A DNA stretch of 64,000 nucleotides, from positions 114,770 through 178,769 of the forward strand of contig CAUEFI010000004.1 in NCBI GenBank assembly GCA_958477305.1, read 5' to 3'. The notes under the pieces were generated by a model, which was not told the DNA's origin, did not search any database, and saw nothing but the letters and a program-made list of their open reading frames with translations. Source of the stretch: an uncultured Oscillospiraceae bacterium. GTDB lineage: Bacteria; Bacillota; Clostridia; Oscillospirales; Oscillospiraceae. Each line of letters opens with the position of its first letter. Position 1 is the first letter of the stretch. This document shows positions 44,633 to 55,122 of the stretch, piece by piece. The translations under genes and the position numbers were made by a program.

Positions 44633-47600
44633 ATGGCGCGAAAGTTTAAATCCATGGATGGAAATACCGCCGCCGCCCACGTGTCCTATGCGTTCACCGA
44701 GGTAGCCGGTATTTATCCCATCACGCCCTCCAGCCCCATGGCGGACTACGTGGATCAGTGGTCGGCTGCGGGCCGGAAAAACATCTTTGGAAGCACCGTC
44801 AAGGTCATCGAGATGCAGTCCGAAGCCGGCGCCGCCGGCACGGTGCACGGCTCTTTGGCCGCCGGCGCCCTGACCACCACTTACACTGCCTCTCAGGGCC
44901 TGCTGCTGATGATCCCCAACATGTACAAGCTCTCCGGCGAGCTGCTGCCCGCCGTCTTCCACGTGTCCGCCCGCACGGTGGCCACCCACGCCCTGAACAT
45001 CTTCGGAGACCACTCCGACGTCATGGCCTGCCGCCAGACCGGCTTCGCCATGCTGGCCGAGTCCAACCCCCAGGAGGTCATGGATCTGGGCGCCGTGGCC
45101 CATCTGGCCGCCATCAAAGGGCGGGTTCCCTTCCTGAACTTCTTCGACGGCTTCCGTACCTCCCACGAGATTCAGAAGGTCGCCATCTGGGACTACGACG
45201 ATCTGAAGGACATGGTGGACATGGACGCGGTGGACGCGTTCCGCAAGCGTGCGCTCAACCCGGAGCGGCCTGTGATGCGCGGCTCCCATGAGAACGGCGA
45301 CATCTTCTTCCAGCACCGGGAGGCGGCCAACCGCTACTATGACGCCATCCCTGCCATTGTAGAGGAGTACATGGGCAAGGTCAACGCCAAGCTGGGCACC
45401 GACTACCAGCTCTTCAACTACTATGGCGCGCCCGACGCAGATCGGGTTATCGTGGCCATGGGCTCCATCTGCGATGTGACCGAGGAGGTCATTGACTACC
45501 TGAACGCCCACGGCGAGAAGGTGGGCCTTGTAAAGGTCCGCCTGTACCGGCCCTTCTGTCCCGACAAGCTGCTCGCCGCCATTCCCGAGACCGCCAAGCA
45601 CATCGCCGTGCTGGACCGGACGAAGGAGCCCGGCGCGCAGGGCGATCCCCTGTACCTGGATGTCGTCACCGCCTTCGCCAACGCCGGCCGCCAGGCCGTT
45701 ATCATCGGCGGCCGCTACGGCCTGGGCTCCAAGGACACGCCGCCCTCCAGCGTCTTTGCCGTGTATGAGGAGCTGACCAAGTCCGCCCCCAAGCGCCAGT
45801 TTACCATCGGCATTGTGGACGACGTGACCCACACCTCTCTGGAGGAGAAGCCCTCCCCCAATACTGCCGCGCCCGGCACCATCGAGTGCAAGTTCTGGGG
45901 CCTGGGCGGCGACGGAACGGTGGGCGCCAACAAGAATTCCATCAAGATCATCGGCGATTACACCGACAAATACGTCCAGGCGTACTTCCAGTATGACTCC
46001 AAGAAGACGGGCGGCGTTACCATCAGCCACCTGCGCTTCGGCGATCAGCCCATCCGTGCGCCCTACTACATCAACAAGGCCGACTTTGTGGCCTGCCACA
46101 ACCCCTCGTATATCATCAAGGGCTTCCCCATGGTCCGCGACGTCAAAGACGGCGGCGTGTTCCTCATCAACTGCCAGTGGAGCGACGAGGAGCTGGACAG
46201 GCACATGCCCGCCGTGGCCAAGCGCTATATCGCCCAGCATAACGTTCAGGTCTATACCATCAACGCCATCGACCTGGCCATTGAGATCGGCATGGGCAAG
46301 CGCACCAATACCATCCTCCAGTCCGCTTTCTTTGCTCTGGCCAAGGTCATGCCCATTGAGGAGGCCGTGGGCCACATGAAGGACGCGGCCACCCACTCCT
46401 ACTTGAAGAAGGGCCAGGACGTGGTGGATCTGAACCACAAGGCCATCGATCTGGGCGCCACCGCGTTTAAGAAGTTCGAGGTGCCCGCCTCCTGGGCAAC
46501 CGCTGAGGATCAGCCCAAGGCTGAGAGCCTGGCCGGCAGCCCCGCCACCGTGAAGATGGTGGAGGAGATTATGGAGCCCGTGGGCCGCATGGACGGCGAT
46601 TCCCTGCCTGTCTCCGCCTTTGCCTACGGCCATGAGGACGGCACCTTCCAGCAGGGCGCCGCCGCCTATGAGAAACGCGGCGTAGCTGTCACCGTTCCCA
46701 CCTGGGATCAGACCAAGTGTATTCAGTGCAACCAGTGCTCCTATGTCTGCCCCCACGCCACCATCCGTCCCTTTGCCCTCACCGGGGAGGAGGCCCAGAA
46801 TGCCCCTGAGGCGGCCAAGATCGTGGATATCAAGGCCGGCAAGGGTAAGGGCGTGTATCAGTTTGCCATCGCCGTCTCCCCTCTGGACTGCATGGGCTGC
46901 GGCGTCTGCGTCAAGACCTGCCCTGTGAAGGCCCTGGAGATGGTGTCCCAGGAGAGCCAGGCGGCACAGCAGGACGTCTTCGACTACATGGTGGCCAAGG
47001 TGTCCCCCAAGAAGGATGTAGAGGACATTACCTCCGTCAAGGGCAGCCAGTTCAGGCAGCCCCTGCTGGAGTTCTCCGGCTCCTGCGCCGGCTGTGCCGA
47101 GACCGCCTATGCCCGCCTGGTCACCCAGGTCTGCGGCGACCGGATGTATATTTCCAACGCCACCGGCTGCTCCTCCATCTGGGGCGGTCCCGCCGCCACC
47201 TCTCCCTACACCATCAACAAGGAGGGAAAGGGTCCCGCTTGGGCCAACTCCCTGTTTGAGGACAACGCCGAGCACGGCCTGGGCCTATACCTGGGCCAGA
47301 AGGTCATCCGCGAGCGGCTGGCCGAGAAGACCCGCCAGCTTCTCTCCGGCCACGTGTACGCCCCCCTGGGCGAGGCCGCTCAGAAGTGGCTGGACACTAT
47401 GGACGACGGCGTTGCCAACGCCGAGGCCACCAAGGAGTACATCACCCAGCTGGGTGAGGGCCTGATGACCGCCGACGAGCTGGAGGCCTTTGCCGCCAGC
47501 GATGCCGGCAAGCAGGTTTTCGGCGACAAGCAGGGCGAGGTCGTTGCCCACGCCCAAGCCCTCAAGGCCGCGGGCAAGAAGTACTGCGACTGCCCCGCCT

Positions 47601-48301
47601 GCACCCTGGCCGCTGAGATCCTCAGCCTGAAGGAGTACCTGGTGAAGAAATCCGTGTGGATCTTCGGCGGCGACGGCTGGGCCTACGACATCGGCTACGG
47701 CGGTTTGGACCACGTCATCGCCTCCGGCGAGGACGTCAACATCTTCGTCTTTGACACCGAGGTCTACTCCAACACCGGCGGCCAGGCCTCCAAGTCCTCC
47801 AACATCGGCCAGGTGGCCCAGTTTGCCGCCGCGGGCAAAACGGTGGCCAAGAAGAGCCTGGCGGAGATCGCCATGCAGTACGGCTACGTCTACGTGGCCC
47901 AGGTGGCCATGGGCGCCAACCCCAACCAGACCCTCACCGCCATCCGCGAGGCCGAGCAGTATCACGGTCCCTCCCTGGTTATCGGCTACGCTCCCTGCGA
48001 GATGCACTCCATCAAGGGCGGCATGACCAACTGCCAGAGCGAGATGAAGAAGGCCGTGGAGTGCGGCTACTGGAACCTGTTCCGCTTCAACCCCGCCAAT
48101 AAGGCGGAGGGCAAGAACCCCTTCACGCTGGATTCCAAGGCCCCCGCAGGCGGCTACCAGGAATTCCTGATGAACGAGGCCCGCTACGCCTCCCTCACCA
48201 CCGCCTTCCCCGAGCGCGCCAAGGAGCTCTTCGCTGAGAACGAGCAGGCCGCCAAGGATCGGTATGAACATCTGCTGAAGCTGGTGGAGCTGTACAAGTA
48301 A
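44633..48301 (+). CDS. nifJ: pyruvate:ferredoxin (flavodoxin) oxidoreductase
   Basis: A 1222-aa single-chain PFOR with ferredoxin-like CxxCxxCxxxCP motifs and a TPP domain. Confidence 0.9.
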   Translation: MARKFKSMDGNTAAAHVSYAFTEVAGIYPITPSSPMADYVDQWSAAGRKNIFGSTVKVIEMQSEAGAAGTVHGSLAAGALTTTYTASQGLLLMIPNMYKLSGELLPAVFHVSARTVATHALNIFGDHSDVMACRQTGFAMLAESNPQEVMDLGAVAHLAAIKGRVPFLNFFDGFRTSHEIQKVAIWDYDDLKDMVDMDAVDAFRKRALNPERPVMRGSHENGDIFFQHREAANRYYDAIPAIVEEYMGKVNAKLGTDYQLFNYYGAPDADRVIVAMGSICDVTEEVIDYLNAHGEKVGLVKVRLYRPFCPDKLLAAIPETAKHIAVLDRTKEPGAQGDPLYLDVVTAFANAGRQAVIIGGRYGLGSKDTPPSSVFAVYEELTKSAPKRQFTIGIVDDVTHTSLEEKPSPNTAAPGTIECKFWGLGGDGTVGANKNSIKIIGDYTDKYVQAYFQYDSKKTGGVTISHLRFGDQPIRAPYYINKADFVACHNPSYIIKGFPMVRDVKDGGVFLINCQWSDEELDRHMPAVAKRYIAQHNVQVYTINAIDLAIEIGMGKRTNTILQSAFFALAKVMPIEEAVGHMKDAATHSYLKKGQDVVDLNHKAIDLGATAFKKFEVPASWATAEDQPKAESLAGSPATVKMVEEIMEPVGRMDGDSLPVSAFAYGHEDGTFQQGAAAYEKRGVAVTVPTWDQTKCIQCNQCSYVCPHATIRPFALTGEEAQNAPEAAKIVDIKAGKGKGVYQFAIAVSPLDCMGCGVCVKTCPVKALEMVSQESQAAQQDVFDYMVAKVSPKKDVEDITSVKGSQFRQPLLEFSGSCAGCAETAYARLVTQVCGDRMYISNATGCSSIWGGPAATSPYTINKEGKGPAWANSLFEDNAEHGLGLYLGQKVIRERLAEKTRQLLSGHVYAPLGEAAQKWLDTMDDGVANAEATKEYITQLGEGLMTADELEAFAASDAGKQVFGDKQGEVVAHAQALKAAGKKYCDCPACTLAAEILSLKEYLVKKSVWIFGGDGWAYDIGYGGLDHVIASGEDVNIFVFDTEVYSNTGGQASKSSNIGQVAQFAAAGKTVAKKSLAEIAMQYGYVYVAQVAMGANPNQTLTAIREAEQYHGPSLVIGYAPCEMHSIKGGMTNCQSEMKKAVECGYWNLFRFNPANKAEGKNPFTLDSKAPAGGYQEFLMNEARYASLTTAFPERAKELFAENEQAAKDRYEHLLKLVELYK

Positions 48302-48314
48302 GCGAGAAGCACAA

Positions 48315-48347
48315 GTCCCCCGGACGCGATGCGTCCGGGGGACGTTT
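48315..48347 (+). terminator. rho-independent terminator of nifJ
   Basis: tcccccggacgc gat gcgtccggggga followed by cgttttat. Confidence 0.7.
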
Positions 48348-48508
48348 TATCGGCGGCCTGCTCGTGGGGCCCCATCGCAGATGGGGCGGCGCGGAGCGCC
48401 GTACAAGTGTTTTGCCGGAGGCGAAACCTTGGCGCAGGGCGGATTGAGTCCGCCCGAGCATGAGCAAGGATCAGTGGGTCCCCGGCGGGCCCTCGGGCCC
48501 GTTGGGGC

Positions 48509-48616
48509 GCAGGCCGCCAAGGAACGATATGAGCACCTGCTCAAGTTGGTGGAGCTGTACAAGTAAGCGAGAAGCACAAGTCCCCCGGACGCAATGCGTC
48601 CGGGGGACGTTTTTTT
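48509..48616 (+). repeat. second, diverged copy of the nifJ 3' end (last ~16 codons) plus terminator; direct repeat of 48244-48347
   Basis: It encodes AKERYEHLLKLVELYK-stop with synonymous changes, followed by a near-identical hairpin and a T-run. Confidence 0.7.
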
Positions 48617-49553
48617 GGAGGGCGGAGCCCGCCGAAGGGCGCACGCACGGGAGCACGGCCTCCCGGCGGCCGTCTAACCGCTTGCGGATATTTGCCCTTG
48701 CCGTTCGCTCTGCGCTTTGCCATGAGCATCGCCTCCATTCAGCGACGCAACATACCACAGCTTGAACGAAATGGCTACCTGTTCAGGACAGACTTATAAA
48801 AAATTTATCAATTTTCCGCTGCCTGAAAATTTCTCTTGTTTACTGTGTATCAAAATTTGAATATCATCCCTCTGCGTGTTCTCTTTGTATACGCTGGTGC
48901 AATCCGCAAATTGGTTTCCCCTGTTTTTCATTGCTACTGACGTTGCTCACGGCGCGCTAACAGGAGTATTTCCTGGGGAGGTGGTTACCTCCTCTCCGCA
49001 TAAAACCGCACACAGCGGTCCACAGGCCGAAACACGAGGATATTCATCGTACCGGCTTCTCGCCATTGTAAATTCCTCACTATTTTGCGATAACGTCAGC
49101 CCAAAACCGTTAACTGCGGCATTTCTTCTCTGTATTTCATATAACAGCGTCAATCCACTTTTCCGGCTGTCATAAAAGCGTCATCTCCCGTCCCTCAAAC
49201 CGCCCGCACTACGGGCGGTTGTGACCGCACCGGCGCAGCAAAAGCGCCAGTGCTTTCTCCTGCTCATCCTTCGTCCCCCAACCGCCCTTACAGCGGGCCA
49301 ACGAGGCGCAGTATTCCACTTCAGGTCCAGGAGATACTGTCCTACTGCGGAAAAGGGTACACAGGGCACACATAGGCGGAAGAAGACGACAGCGGTGCCT
49401 GGAGTTGCCCCAGAAACCCCAGTACAGGGACTCGGGATCGGAACGAACATTCGTCCAGAATGCTGCTCTGGCCCCGAGTACTTGAAGTAGAGCATCCGCG
49501 GTAAGATGTAAAGGGACAACCGGCATAGCGCCATCTATTATTGGTCGGCTGCT

Positions 49554-50810
49554 TCACTCCTTTTTTGGCGTCATGTTGATACAGCCAAACAGGATCATAG
49601 CGATCACGGATCCGATCAGGAATACCATGTAAGCGGCCACATAGTTTCCACCGGTGGCACCGAGCACCACACCCAGCACCACGGAGGCCGCCGCCCGGAA
49701 GATACAGCTTACCGGGAACACGAAGTTAAACGCCCGCTGGAAATTTTTGCGTCCAAACAAGCTGGCGCACATAGAGGTGGAGAAATTGGTATTGCCACCC
49801 AGCGCGCACCCTAGGAAAACCGCAGAGACCACAAAGGTGGCCTGACCGGGCAGGATGTTAAGCAGAATGGCAATTGCGAACCAGAGGGCCAGCAGGATGG
49901 AAGCAAATTTCGTGCCCATTTTCGTATCCAGCACACCCCATATGTAGCTCGCTACAATACCGATGACCGCCGCGATGCTCAAAAGCGCGGTGCCCGTGGT
50001 CTGCGAGAACCCGACGGCCTGGGCGCGGCCCACGAACTGGGCCACCAGCCCCACAGTTGCCATGAACAGCAGCCCATAGCCCAGTCCCGCACACCAGACG
50101 TCCTTATCCTTCAAAATTCTTCCGATAGTCCAAGGACTTTTGTATGCCGCCATCTCTGCTTTCATGGCTTTGACTGTTTCCACGGAGGCGGGGTCGTTAT
50201 CAGGCAGCAGCCCGAAATCTTCCGGGTTGTTGCGGACAATGAGGAATGCCAGGACAACCATAACCACCATAAAAATGAAGTATCCATAGAAGGGCATATT
50301 GATGCCGGAGCCCAAGAGAATCGAAAAAATCGGAATAAAGATGGCGGAGGCCATGTTGTTGCCCATGGTTGCCCAGCCCATAGCCATTCCCTTCTTGGTG
50401 GGGAACCAGCTGGCGATCAGGGCGGAGCCGCCGCAGAAACTCATGCCGTTGGCGAACACGTTGATTAAAATGGTGCATACGGCCCAGCCCGCCATATTGG
50501 TGATAAAGGCCAGTGCCAGAAAGCTGGCAGCTACGATGACCAGCGAGCCGATGATTACCTTCTTTGCACCCAGCTTCTGGACCAGCGCTGACAGCACAAA
50601 GGCCCCCACCACGCCAATCCAGCCGCCGATTCCGTTGAGGCTGAGCATCTGCGCCGAGTCAAGTCCCAGCTTGCCTGCCAGCGTTGGGATGATAATATTC
50701 ATGCCGTCGGCCGTCAGTGAAGAGTTCAAAAACAGCATAACGCCGAAAAAGATGATAATCAACCACCCGTGCAGGCCAAAATTGTTGCTTACTTTCTGCT
50801 TTGTGTTCAT
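49554..50810 (-). CDS. MFS transporter (oxalate/formate antiporter-like family)
   Basis: 418 aa with 12 TM helices. Confidence 0.65.
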   Translation of the reverse strand: MNTKQKVSNNFGLHGWLIIIFFGVMLFLNSSLTADGMNIIIPTLAGKLGLDSAQMLSLNGIGGWIGVVGAFVLSALVQKLGAKKVIIGSLVIVAASFLALAFITNMAGWAVCTILINVFANGMSFCGGSALIASWFPTKKGMAMGWATMGNNMASAIFIPIFSILLGSGINMPFYGYFIFMVVMVVLAFLIVRNNPEDFGLLPDNDPASVETVKAMKAEMAAYKSPWTIGRILKDKDVWCAGLGYGLLFMATVGLVAQFVGRAQAVGFSQTTGTALLSIAAVIGIVASYIWGVLDTKMGTKFASILLALWFAIAILLNILPGQATFVVSAVFLGCALGGNTNFSTSMCASLFGRKNFQRAFNFVFPVSCIFRAAASVVLGVVLGATGGNYVAAYMVFLIGSVIAMILFGCINMTPKKE

Positions 50811-50921
50811 AAAAGCCTCCCTAACTCACTCTGATGCCGTACCGGCATCGTTCGGGCGGATTACTCCGCTTGAAATGCTGATATTCCCAGTAATTGTGGA
50901 TCTTGAGCCTGCCTGCCTTTT

Positions 50922-52292
50922 TTAAATCCGCTCCAGTTCCCCGTTGACGGCTTTCGCCGCGTTATAGCCGGAGTTAATGGCGCTCTCATAGGAGCCGGTA
51001 TACATATAATCGCCGGCGAAGAAAAGACCCTCGATATCCCGATAGTGGTGGTCGCGCATCTCCTTAATGGCGGTAGGACAGCCGTTGCGCATGGTGTAGT
51101 TGGCCATTGGGGCCTTGACTACATGGCCGCCTAGGTAGTGATCAGGCAGTTGGGTAAAATACTTTTTTAAAATTCGGAAGGTCTCCTCCAGAATCTGTTC
51201 CTCGGACATATCCCAGTATTGGGGCAATTTGTCATCCCCAAAGTAAAAGACCGACATGGCATCCGAGTTTTCGTTGGGGAGTGCCGCCGGATTACGGGAG
51301 GACTGGAACAGGCATGTACAGAAGGGCTCGCCCAGACAGCGGGGCAACAGGCCGCCTACGGGCTTTGCGCCGTCGGTTATCCGCTTGTCAAAAAAAAGGG
51401 TGGCGTGGATGGTGCGGCAATAGGTTACCCGCTCAATGGGCTTGCGCATGGCATCGGGCAGGCCGGGGATGATCTTCAGGGCGATGGCGGCGGGGGTGGC
51501 GCAGACCACCTTATCGCAGGGTAAAAATTCGCCGCCCGTCGTGAGGACGCCCTTCACCTTGCCGTCCTCGATTACGATCTCCCTGGCGGGAGTGCTGCAA
51601 CGGAGCCCCTTGCCCAGATAGTCCGCGATGACATTGGCCAGACGGCCCAGACCGCCCACCAGCACCGCCGCGCCACCCATCAGCACGGTCCACACGATTT
51701 GCAGGCCGAAAGCCACGCCGCACTTCTCAGGGTACTCAAGCCCCAGCGATGCCACCACAGGTTGCACAAAGTATTCCAGCACCCGCTCGCCGAAGTTCTC
51801 TTTTACAAATTCGCCGAAATTGGAGCCGTCGTCCTGGTCTGCGTCCATCATCCAGTCGGTAGAGCCCTCATAGAACTTGTCCTTACAGTACTTCTCACAA
51901 TAGGCTACGAAATTGCCGAAATTTTCGGTGCCCATGTAGTCCACCCACTCCTGGTTGGCGGCCATGGCCTCCGGGTCATTGGGAGCGGGGAAAGCGGAAA
52001 CCCAGCGGTTGTTAAACCAGATACTCATACCTGCGCCCAACTCAAAGAGCTGGAGATCCTGAATGAGGTTCAGCTCGGTCATCAGCTCTTTAGCCCGTTT
52101 ATAGCTGGGGTGGACAAACTGGGCATATTCATCAATCAGGAAGCCTTGATCGTTTTTGTAGATGCTCATGCGTCCGCCTACATGGTCCTGGCTCTCCAGG
52201 ACAGTCACATTCCAACCCGTTTTTTTCAGGTTATACGCCGCTGCCAGACCTGCGCAGCCGCCGCCTACGACAATTACCTTTTTCTCTTCCAT
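50922..52292 (-). CDS. FAD-dependent oxidoreductase (amine oxidase/protoporphyrinogen oxidase-like fold)
   Basis: VVGGGCAGLAAA dinucleotide-binding motif. Start at 52290-52292 follows an AAGGAGG RBS. Confidence 0.6.
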   Translation of the reverse strand: MEEKKVIVVGGGCAGLAAAYNLKKTGWNVTVLESQDHVGGRMSIYKNDQGFLIDEYAQFVHPSYKRAKELMTELNLIQDLQLFELGAGMSIWFNNRWVSAFPAPNDPEAMAANQEWVDYMGTENFGNFVAYCEKYCKDKFYEGSTDWMMDADQDDGSNFGEFVKENFGERVLEYFVQPVVASLGLEYPEKCGVAFGLQIVWTVLMGGAAVLVGGLGRLANVIADYLGKGLRCSTPAREIVIEDGKVKGVLTTGGEFLPCDKVVCATPAAIALKIIPGLPDAMRKPIERVTYCRTIHATLFFDKRITDGAKPVGGLLPRCLGEPFCTCLFQSSRNPAALPNENSDAMSVFYFGDDKLPQYWDMSEEQILEETFRILKKYFTQLPDHYLGGHVVKAPMANYTMRNGCPTAIKEMRDHHYRDIEGLFFAGDYMYTGSYESAINSGYNAAKAVNGELERI

Positions 52293-52305
52293 GTCTTCCG
52301 CCTCC

Positions 52306-53856
52306 TTATACAAATACCATGTTAGCCAGATTGTCCGGGTCCAACAGTTCCTTGATGCGGACGGTGTGCTGATAGTAGTTGCTGGCCGCCGAATCGAACA
52401 TCATTACCTGCTCCGGCCCGCCGAAAGCGGCGAAGCCGATGCCGCCCAGATGCTTTTCATAGAGCACCTTGGCGCACTCCGAGGAATAGCGGCCCATGGA
52501 GTTCCCTGCCACCGGGTCCCTGGGGTCAAAGATCATGGTTGCCTCGTTGTGGCCCTTGGAGCTCTGGTCATAGATGCCAATCCACGCGCCATCGCCCAGA
52601 TCGTCCGCCGTAACCCCCTCGGCGATCATGTGCTCCTTGATCTCCTGGGCATATTGGGCCTGTTTGATGGTAACCGACAGGGCCTCATCCGCGCCCATGG
52701 CTACGTGGAAGGTGCCCGGACCGTTGAACAGGGAGGCGTAGCCGTCCGCCTTGGACAGAGAGCAGAGGTGGGCCTTTCGATAGGGAGTATTGGCGTGTCC
52801 GCCAAACAGGAGAGCGTTGGTGTTTTTGGCGATCTCTTTTACACAGTCCACTTTATAGGCCAGATCCCGCGGGCTGTTGCCCACAATCACCATTACCGTG
52901 CGATGGCGGCCTATTTTCAGGGCTTCCCGCAGGTGGGGCAGCTTGACGGCCTGCTCAAAGAACTCCGGCATATAGCCCCAGCCTGTGACGCCGATAGAGA
53001 ATTTGTTCATATAGGTACAGACCTCGGTTTCGGCAAGCTGGTAATATGCCTCGCCCAGTTCCTCCCAGGTCTCGTGGACCATGGTGTAGAGGTGCATATT
53101 CTCCGGAACCTTCACGTCGGCTTCATAGAGGTTGCCGTCGTTGGAGATCTCATAATCCTGCATTCCGGCCCAGTGGTAGAGCTTTACAGCGGCCTTGGTA
53201 AAGATTCCCATAGCCCCATCGAAGCCGAAGTACCCACGGATCATGGCCTTGAAGGAGGGGCCGGGGCCATCGGCGGAAAACCAGTCGCCCAGCTCGGCGG
53301 AGCCGATGCGGATGATCTCGCCCACCGGAGAGACCCACTCGCAGGCCAGCAGATTACGGCCGTTGTAGCCCATGGAGCAGCCTGCACAGGATCCGCCCTG
53401 GTGGGAGGTAATACTGGCCAGCACGGAGGACTGCGGCCCGGCGGTGGTAATGCAGAGGGTCAGGCCCTTTTCCCACGCCTTTTTCTGAATCTCGCCGCCG
53501 CTGGTGTAGGGCTCGATGACGGCGATCATGTTTTTCTCGTCTACCTCTACCACATGATTCATGCGGCGCAGATCCACCAGCACACAGTCGGGAGCTGTGG
53601 CTCCGTTATGGGCGCCGTAGCCAGTAGAGGTAGCCTTATATTTGATTTTGTATTTGTTGCAGACCTTGACGAAAGCGGCGGCCTCCTCGGTGGTGGCAGG
53701 CAGGACTACCGCCGCAGGCCGGAGCACCCAGAGTTCCGGATCAGGCCGGTGAAAGAGGTGCTGGGCATAGCTGTCGCAGATCTGTTCATCGGCTGTAATA
53801 TTTTCGGGGCCGACAATGGCCTCAATTTCGTGATAGGCTTCCTCGGGAATCAACAT
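52306..53856 (-). CDS. FAD-linked oxidase (FAD_binding_4 / GlcD-like)
   Basis: 516 aa with a PCMH-type FAD-binding domain arrangement. Confidence 0.65.
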   Translation of the reverse strand: MLIPEEAYHEIEAIVGPENITADEQICDSYAQHLFHRPDPELWVLRPAAVVLPATTEEAAAFVKVCNKYKIKYKATSTGYGAHNGATAPDCVLVDLRRMNHVVEVDEKNMIAVIEPYTSGGEIQKKAWEKGLTLCITTAGPQSSVLASITSHQGGSCAGCSMGYNGRNLLACEWVSPVGEIIRIGSAELGDWFSADGPGPSFKAMIRGYFGFDGAMGIFTKAAVKLYHWAGMQDYEISNDGNLYEADVKVPENMHLYTMVHETWEELGEAYYQLAETEVCTYMNKFSIGVTGWGYMPEFFEQAVKLPHLREALKIGRHRTVMVIVGNSPRDLAYKVDCVKEIAKNTNALLFGGHANTPYRKAHLCSLSKADGYASLFNGPGTFHVAMGADEALSVTIKQAQYAQEIKEHMIAEGVTADDLGDGAWIGIYDQSSKGHNEATMIFDPRDPVAGNSMGRYSSECAKVLYEKHLGGIGFAAFGGPEQVMMFDSAASNYYQHTVRIKELLDPDNLANMVFV

Positions 53857-53868
53857 GGTACCGCCTCC

Positions 53869-55122
53869 TTATTTCATGTGATCCAGCACAAGATCCACCA
53901 GATCCAGCACCTTCATGCCGCCTGCGGCCGTCAGGGCCCCTTCGCACAGCGGGCAGGCCGTTACCAGGGCGTCCGCTCCGGTCAGCTTGGCCTCTGTCAT
54001 CCGATTCTGGCTGGCGTCCGCCAGCAGTTCCTGGTTGACCTCTGCCACCCCGGCCCCGTTGCCACAGCAGAAGGACCAGCCCTTGATACGATCCATTTCG
54101 ACGAGAGTCAGTCCGGGAATGGCAGCCAGCAGGGTCCGGGGGGCGTCATAGACCCCCAGATCACCGGTGCGGGTCAGCGCCATGGGGCGACGGCGCTTGT
54201 CGCCGGTATAGTTCCCCTTATAGGGCTCGCTCCGGCGCCCCAGGGAGCAGGGATCGTGGTAGGTGACGGTCATGGCGGCCTCCTTCACCGGTTGGAGCAG
54301 GCCGTCCTGATAGAGCCGGGCCAGCAGATCGGCGATATGGAGCACCTCCACCCCCAGCTCCACCCCGCAGCGGGGATAGTGCCACCGGAACGCGGTAAAT
54401 GCGTGGGCGTCCAGTGTGACCAGTATCTGTGCGCCGGAGCGTTTTACCTCAGCCGTTAACTTTTCCGCCGCCACCCGGCCCTCCTCCACAAAGCCCAGAT
54501 CGAAGGCCTTATCTGCCGCGGAGGGCTCTGCCGTACCGGAGGTAACCAGATCCAGGCCCTTGTCCAGCAGCAGCTTGGCGGTGCGGGCCGCCCGACTGGC
54601 AAGCGTCCGGTCAAAGGCGTGCAGATCACCCACATGGAAATAGATGCGCCCGGTCTCATTCTTTGTGGTCCGCTTGATATCCAGCTCCGCCGTCCAGTCG
54701 ATGCGGTCCCCCGCCGGCCGGCCGAGCTGGTTTCCGTTCAGGGCGATGGAGTCTACAATGGCCCGGTGCTCCGGGTAGACAAATCCCTCCGCCACGCAGG
54801 CACGGCGCAGTTCTTCGATGTTCTCCGCCACGTCGATATCTTTGCGGAACACTTTGCAGGCATAGTCGCAGGCCCCGCACAGGGCACACTTATAGGCAAT
54901 GTTCTGTGTGGACGCGCACACCTTGCTATGCCCGTCGTTGATGGAATAGCCCACTTCCAGCTTGCCGCAGCCGCTGAACGCATTAAAATTGTACTTGGTA
55001 ATAGCAGGGCAAATGTACATGGTCTCGGTTTTCTGAATGCGATAGGACGGAATCCATTTGCAGTTGCTGCACCGGTTACACCAGCCCTGGTCCACTTTAT
55101 AATCCATCAATGCCATGGTCAC
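53869..55122 (-). CDS. (Fe-S)-binding oxidoreductase subunit with two CCG domains (GlcF/HdrD-like)
   Basis: CxxCxxCxxxC clusters (CNRCSNCKW, CALCGACDYAC) and CCG motifs. Confidence 0.7.
   Translation of the reverse strand: MTMALMDYKVDQGWCNRCSNCKWIPSYRIQKTETMYICPAITKYNFNAFSGCGKLEVGYSINDGHSKVCASTQNIAYKCALCGACDYACKVFRKDIDVAENIEELRRACVAEGFVYPEHRAIVDSIALNGNQLGRPAGDRIDWTAELDIKRTTKNETGRIYFHVGDLHAFDRTLASRAARTAKLLLDKGLDLVTSGTAEPSAADKAFDLGFVEEGRVAAEKLTAEVKRSGAQILVTLDAHAFTAFRWHYPRCGVELGVEVLHIADLLARLYQDGLLQPVKEAAMTVTYHDPCSLGRRSEPYKGNYTGDKRRRPMALTRTGDLGVYDAPRTLLAAIPGLTLVEMDRIKGWSFCCGNGAGVAEVNQELLADASQNRMTEAKLTGADALVTACPLCEGALTAAGGMKVLDLVDLVLDHMK

Noticed and set aside
48381-48566. 61-aa ORF ending in ...AKERYEHLLKLVELYK
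   Set aside because: - Its C-terminus is simply the duplicated 3' end of nifJ, and the upstream part is GC-rich with no start context.
- It is better explained as a relic repeat than a gene.
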